From assembly GCA_964016885.1 (NCBI GenBank), contig OZ024740.1, positions 221,960,001 through 222,024,000 of the forward strand: a stretch of 64,000 nucleotides of DNA, read 5' to 3'. The notes beneath the pieces are model-generated. The model saw only the letters and a program-made list of their open reading frames with translations, searched no databases and was not told where the DNA came from. Of this stretch, positions 59,091 to 64,000 are shown piece after piece. A program made the translations under genes and the position numbers. The stretch's first letter is position 1. Each line of letters begins with the position of its first letter. This DNA comes from Eledone cirrhosa (taxonomy: Eukaryota).

Positions 59091-61540
59091 AGACGAATGA
59101 GAGGGTAGTGCTCAAACCCCTCCTCGACCTCTCACAGTCGGACATGGAGTATGAGGCGGCTGTGGAGTAGAAAACGGTTGTCAACAAAAAGAACTAACGC
59201 AAAAACATCGCAGCTTCATCCTCGAAAAGCGAAGGCAATGAAAGAGGGTTAAAGGCTGCAAGGATATTTGCAGCAACACCACCACCATCACCATTACCAC
59301 CACAAGCATCACCACCAACAACAAGCACACCACCACCAGTATCACCAAAAAAACAAACATCGCAAACACAACAAAGCATACATACCCAAGAGCAACAATA
59401 AGAAAACAGCAACAATATCACCCCCCGCCTAAAAAAGGTACACGGCCATAACTATCACACACAAAGGATTAATGGAACATATAAAACAACACACAGACAT
59501 TACAGACTTAAATAATCACACCTCACCAACACCAAGAACATTACCCACAACATTACAATTGCCGAAATTAAACTGGAAGACTATAAACATCTAAAGCAAA
59601 AATTCCCCAACGCAGTTGGGGATTTCAGGGAGTCACTCTCCAAAAGAATATATACAGATATCATCTTGGAGACACCCATGACCAGCCGAAGGCATGGTTC
59701 TACTGTTCCTTCCGCACACGATCAAGGTAAGTGATCCTTTCTTACATACCACGTTTCCTCATCCAGCATGGCCGTACTTAGAATAGACAGTATAAATGTA
59801 CGTGGCCGGGGGTCATCATAGAAGCAGGGTCACCTGCTGAATGACCTTAGGTCACTAAACATAGATGTGGTGGCCATCAGCGAGACCAGAATCTCCTAAG
59901 CACGAGACTTCGCACCGATTTTCGGCGGCTACGATGTGTACGCATCTCCCAGTCGTTCGGGATCGGGAGGAGGAGTTGCTGTGCTTCTTCGGAAAGGCTT
60001 GGATCTCGCCATACTGGCCATCTTCCTGGACCCAGAAGGTAAGTCGGTGGTGCTGGACGTGACTGGCAGCGAAGGCAATGCTTTCACACTAGTAGTCGTC
60101 TACGCCCCAACAGGGGTAGGACGGCCAGATTTCTTCAGACGTCTAGAAACCTTTCTTGGAACGTCCCACTCTTTAGTGTTTGTGGGCGACTGGAACGGTA
60201 TCTTAGATGCACGCTGGGATTATGTGGGATTAGTAGACAGAGGAGGAGGGTGTAAAAGCCTTAAAAACCTGCTCAGACGTTTTGAACTGTCTGACAGGTA
60301 CAGACTGGATTATCCGAATGTGCCAATGTGGACATGGTCAAACCGCATCGGGTCATCCAGATCGTATTTAGATAGGATATTCTGTAAGGAAACAGATAAG
60401 GCTAGTGTAGGTTGTCCCCAATTTAAAGTAGTCGACTACACAATTTAAAGTAGTCGACTACAAATTTGTGATCTGTGAAGTTGACTTAGATAAACTCCAT
60501 AGGCAAGGGCCCGGTTACTGGAAGCTGAACGCCTGTTCCCGGCTGGCAAAGCTTAAAGAAACCGGATTAGAGAATTAGTTAAGCGTGCGTTGACGGGTGC
60601 GGTCGTCAACAACAGGTGGTGGTTTACTCTGAAAAGGGCTATTAGAATAGAATGGATAAGGTTTAGCAAAGGAGTAGTGATTGAGGAAAATAGAGTCGAA
60701 AATAGAGTTAGAAAGCTAGAAGAGCCGTTTAGGAGGGGCATCGCAACCGACGTGCTTGCGGCGAGATTGGCACTCGACCAATTTTGCAACGCAAAGCATG
60801 AAGGATGCGTTGTTAGAGCATGCTCTGAGACAGGAGGGTACGAAAGCCGTTCAATGGGCCTGGGTGGTGGCGGCGCATCTACGCGAACTGGGATGCGGGA
60901 GATCCAAGTCCGCTTACGCCCACAACGTTACGCTGGTGGTGTCGAGCACCAAACACGTCCAGATGCTCGGCACTGCTCTCAAAGAATACGAAGCGGTGAC
61001 AGGAGCAAAGATAAACCAGTAAAAATCGGTGGGCTTGCAACTCGGCACCTGGAGAGGCAAGTCCATGTCGTACGACAGCGTAGTAGGGCGCTGAACGGAA
61101 GGACTGGTTAAATTGCTCGGGGTCTGGTTCAGTCTGGACCTCCGGATGGAGAAAAACTGTTGCGCTTTGACGGACAGGGTGGCTTCTCTAACCCAGAAAT
61201 GGGCCGAGAAGAGGCTGTCTCTGAAAGGTCGGACGGAGGTGGCGAATGCGTACATCGCGTCCGTCATCTGCTACCACATGACCGTCGTACCTTGCCCCCG
61301 ACCAAATATGACCAAAATGGAGCGCCTTCTCTTCCGCTTTTTGAGGAAGGGACGAGGTGCCATGGTCAGTACCCGTTGCGTGGAGGCCTTGGAATGCCGT
61401 GGCTGATGATTCGCAAACATGCGCTGAGGCTGCGACATATCTGGTGCTTCCTTGACGGTGAACAGGTATGGTCGCCGCTTGCCAGACACGCTTTTCCCCA
61501 GCTCGTCTCCTTGACGGAGGTGCAGTCCTGGGTCAGGACT
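57310..61540 (+). mobile_element. Decayed L1/Tx1-like LINE (ORF1, APE, RT C-terminus; RT core deleted)
   Basis: ORF1 remnants ~57700-59734; ORF2 from ATG 59768; 5' boundary uncertain; truncated at (CA)n. Confidence 0.88.
59768..61535 (+). pseudogene. LINE ORF2 remnant (AP endonuclease plus RT tail)
   Basis: INVRG, VVAISET, GGVAVLL, VVYAP, GDWN, WTWSN..SYLDRIF, GPGYWKLN, SAYAHN (YADD site), LSLKGR, GGLGMPW. Confidence 0.9.
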
Positions 61541-61576
<36 letters not shown>

Positions 61577-61681
61577 CATATATATATGTGTGTGTGTGTG
61601 TGTCCTGACCCAGGACATATATATATATATATTTGTGTGTGTATGTATATAAAGGAATTAAATTGAAAAGGCAACTGGAGC

Positions 61682-61782
<101 letters not shown>

Positions 61783-61904
61783 TTTGTGCGTGTGTGTGTG
61801 TTAGTATGTATGTGGGTTTGTATGCAAAATGCAAACAGGAATTAAAACGCTTTATATAGTAGGAAAATAGTATTAACGTTTATATATATATATATATGTA
61901 TATA

Positions 61905-63170
61905 TATATGGGATAACAAGTTATCGTTATAGGTAATCCAGTAAGAGTTTGTGAGTACTCTCTGTCGCGGATAATTTTAACGTACAGCTTTGTTTGACTC
62001 AACAAGAGGTTTCCATAGTTAGGCAGCGACTTCGCGAGAATTCCTATGCCGGTTCTACTTGGAATAATAATAGTGAAAGATTGAAGAGTAACATGGTCAG
62101 CTGTAAAACAAGGAGCTTTATTTCACGTATTAACAATTGTTTCATTGATATTGATCAGGTAAGTCTAGAGGCCACTAATCGCTCGAAGTTGCGTCACTCG
62201 ATTTCCAATACATCATTTACCTCTGCTCAAATCCTCAGAATACAAAGAATTCATACATGGCATGGTATACATAGAGAAATAGCGTAGAATCAAAACAATA
62301 ACAGCAATAATTAAATATAATGATAAATAGGTAAAGAAGTTACAGATGTAAATAGTAAAAAGTAACAAAAAAGATACAATAAAAATGTAAGTAAATAAAA
62401 AAATATAATAAAAAAAATATAAAGGAATAAAGATAAGTGAGAGCATATGAGTACAGAATGCTGAGTAAGTATCTGTATAAGGATGATGGGGTGGATGTAG
62501 TGCTAACATGAAAAGCCATATTCGAAACATACATAGATACGTGTAGAGAATCTGAGATAATAACAAATGACAGATAAAAGAAAAAGCAATACATTAGAAA
62601 TTAAGTGTGAGATACTAGTATGAGACCCAAGGGCTAAGGATGGAAGGTGAAGGACGGTTTTGATATGTGTGTGTGGTAAATGTTTTGCTGATTGTCTTGT
62701 CTTAATGGGGTTGATGTGGTTTCAGGGAGAGTGGGTGAAGAGATGTTAAGAGATTTATGATCTAGTGACCAATCAGTTATTGACAGCTAATAGCGGTTTG
62801 ATTGTATGTATTCCGTACGTTAAAATCCAGGTGGTTCAGTTCTAATTTTGGGATTGCTGGGTCGAATCACGGCGGTTTGAAATTCGTGAACTTGGTAGCT
62901 ATTTTGTCCCTACAGGAAATTGATGTTTCTATTTTGCTGTTAAGCAGCATCTTATCATACCTTAAAATATGGAATAGCTCCATATGCAAAGTCTGCAGTG
63001 GGACATCCCATTGTCGTAGGCCCTTGCTCCCGATAATTTTGACCATCGTCGGCCTTTCGTTCAACACTGACACAGGAACGATGTACTAGTTTCAAGCTTA
63101 TTAGCCATCGTCAGCATCGTATACCTTTCAGACAGATGATTGAACGTTTGAAAGTATATACTTTCCTTAT
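61905..63170 (-). mobile_element. Degenerate Hydra-like PLE 3' portion (EN C-terminus plus 3' UTR)
   Basis: WSKLSGARAYDNGMSHCRLC and LLNSKIETSISCRDK..FKPP in adjacent frames; tail matches 50950-51260 and ends in (TA)n. Confidence 0.78.
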
Positions 63171-63653
63171 GCATATCGAGTGTGTTAGTCGGCCGGGCGC
63201 ACAAAAATCGATAAATGGAAAATAAATATGAATGAATGAAGTAATTCCGTCGGAAAGGTACAGAAAAAAAAAAATATATATAAATATAAATTCAGCGAGA
63301 ATCGCATTTCGGCGGGTAGAAAAAGCGAAACGAAACGCAAAAATCAGAATTATGCTGGCAAGCGCTCCATAGTTAAAAAACCAGAGCTAAACAATATGTT
63401 AAAACGCCATACAAAACTGAAAAAGTGGTCAAGAAAGCATCAACCACCTAAGCCAAAAAGCAAATCAAGCTAAACAGGTCAAAACAAAATAAATGATAAA
63501 AAAACAGACTGGACCCATTGGAATTGATGATAAAATCCAAGTGCAGGGTTTCTATGACCTAAATGAATAATACTGTCTGCTTAAAACTATAAGCTTTAGG
63601 TATAATGATCGAACAAGGAATATCACGTTATCAAAAGGTATTTTGCTCTGTAC

Positions 63654-63725
<72 letters not shown>

Positions 63726-63773
63726 GGTAAACATTGATGCAATTCAATTCAAGCACTCATTGATGCAATTCGC

Positions 63774-63812
<39 letters not shown>

Positions 63813-63814
63813 GT

Positions 63815-63940
63815 GTATCCCGGGTTAATCGGGGGGTAACCACAGTAAGTAAGGTACTCAATACATTGCAAATTATAAATATTTAGTATAGAGATGGCTT
63901 CTACAGGACTAGAACTGTTTCATTCGAAGGAAATCATCAT
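63815..63940 (-). mobile_element. Solo PLE tail with degenerate HHR
   Basis: Matches 34848-34972 (ccgggtt.aatcgg..ggtaaccacagtaagtaaggtactcaatacattgca...ggactagaactgtttcattc). Confidence 0.78.
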
Positions 63941-64000
63941 ATAGATTATGGTAAGGTATTGGCTATAACATATAAAGTATAGAATTTAGATCGCGAGAGT

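Overview
Eukaryotic, AT-rich, extremely microsatellite-rich DNA ((TA)n, (CA)n, (GA)n). It is probably octopus/cephalopod, inferred from the SINE families and repeat profile, not proven. No intact protein-coding gene is evident, and nearly all ORF-track entries are microsatellite or antisense artefacts. The window is a graveyard of retroelements: at least nine Penelope-like element (PLE) copies with coding remnants (five with Hydra-clade-like signatures, one near full length at 38163-41620), two decayed L1/Tx1-like LINEs, an RTE 3' end, tRNA-type SINEs and Tc1/mariner remnants. The most striking signal is non-coding: about 25-30 hammerhead ribozyme (HHR) motifs on both strands, mostly sitting within ~50-200 nt of (TA)n tracts, many in fold-back pairs. 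Several non-coding HHR units look like retrozymes: a ~521-nt head-to-tail tandem (55851-56840), a 455-bp element with a textbook GUC hammerhead (33518-33972), and a composite ~573-nt unit built from captured PLE tails plus microsatellites inside a 1.25-kb palindrome (24253-25726). All alignments and folds were done by eye, so boundaries are approximate (about +/-10-30 nt unless a motif is quoted).
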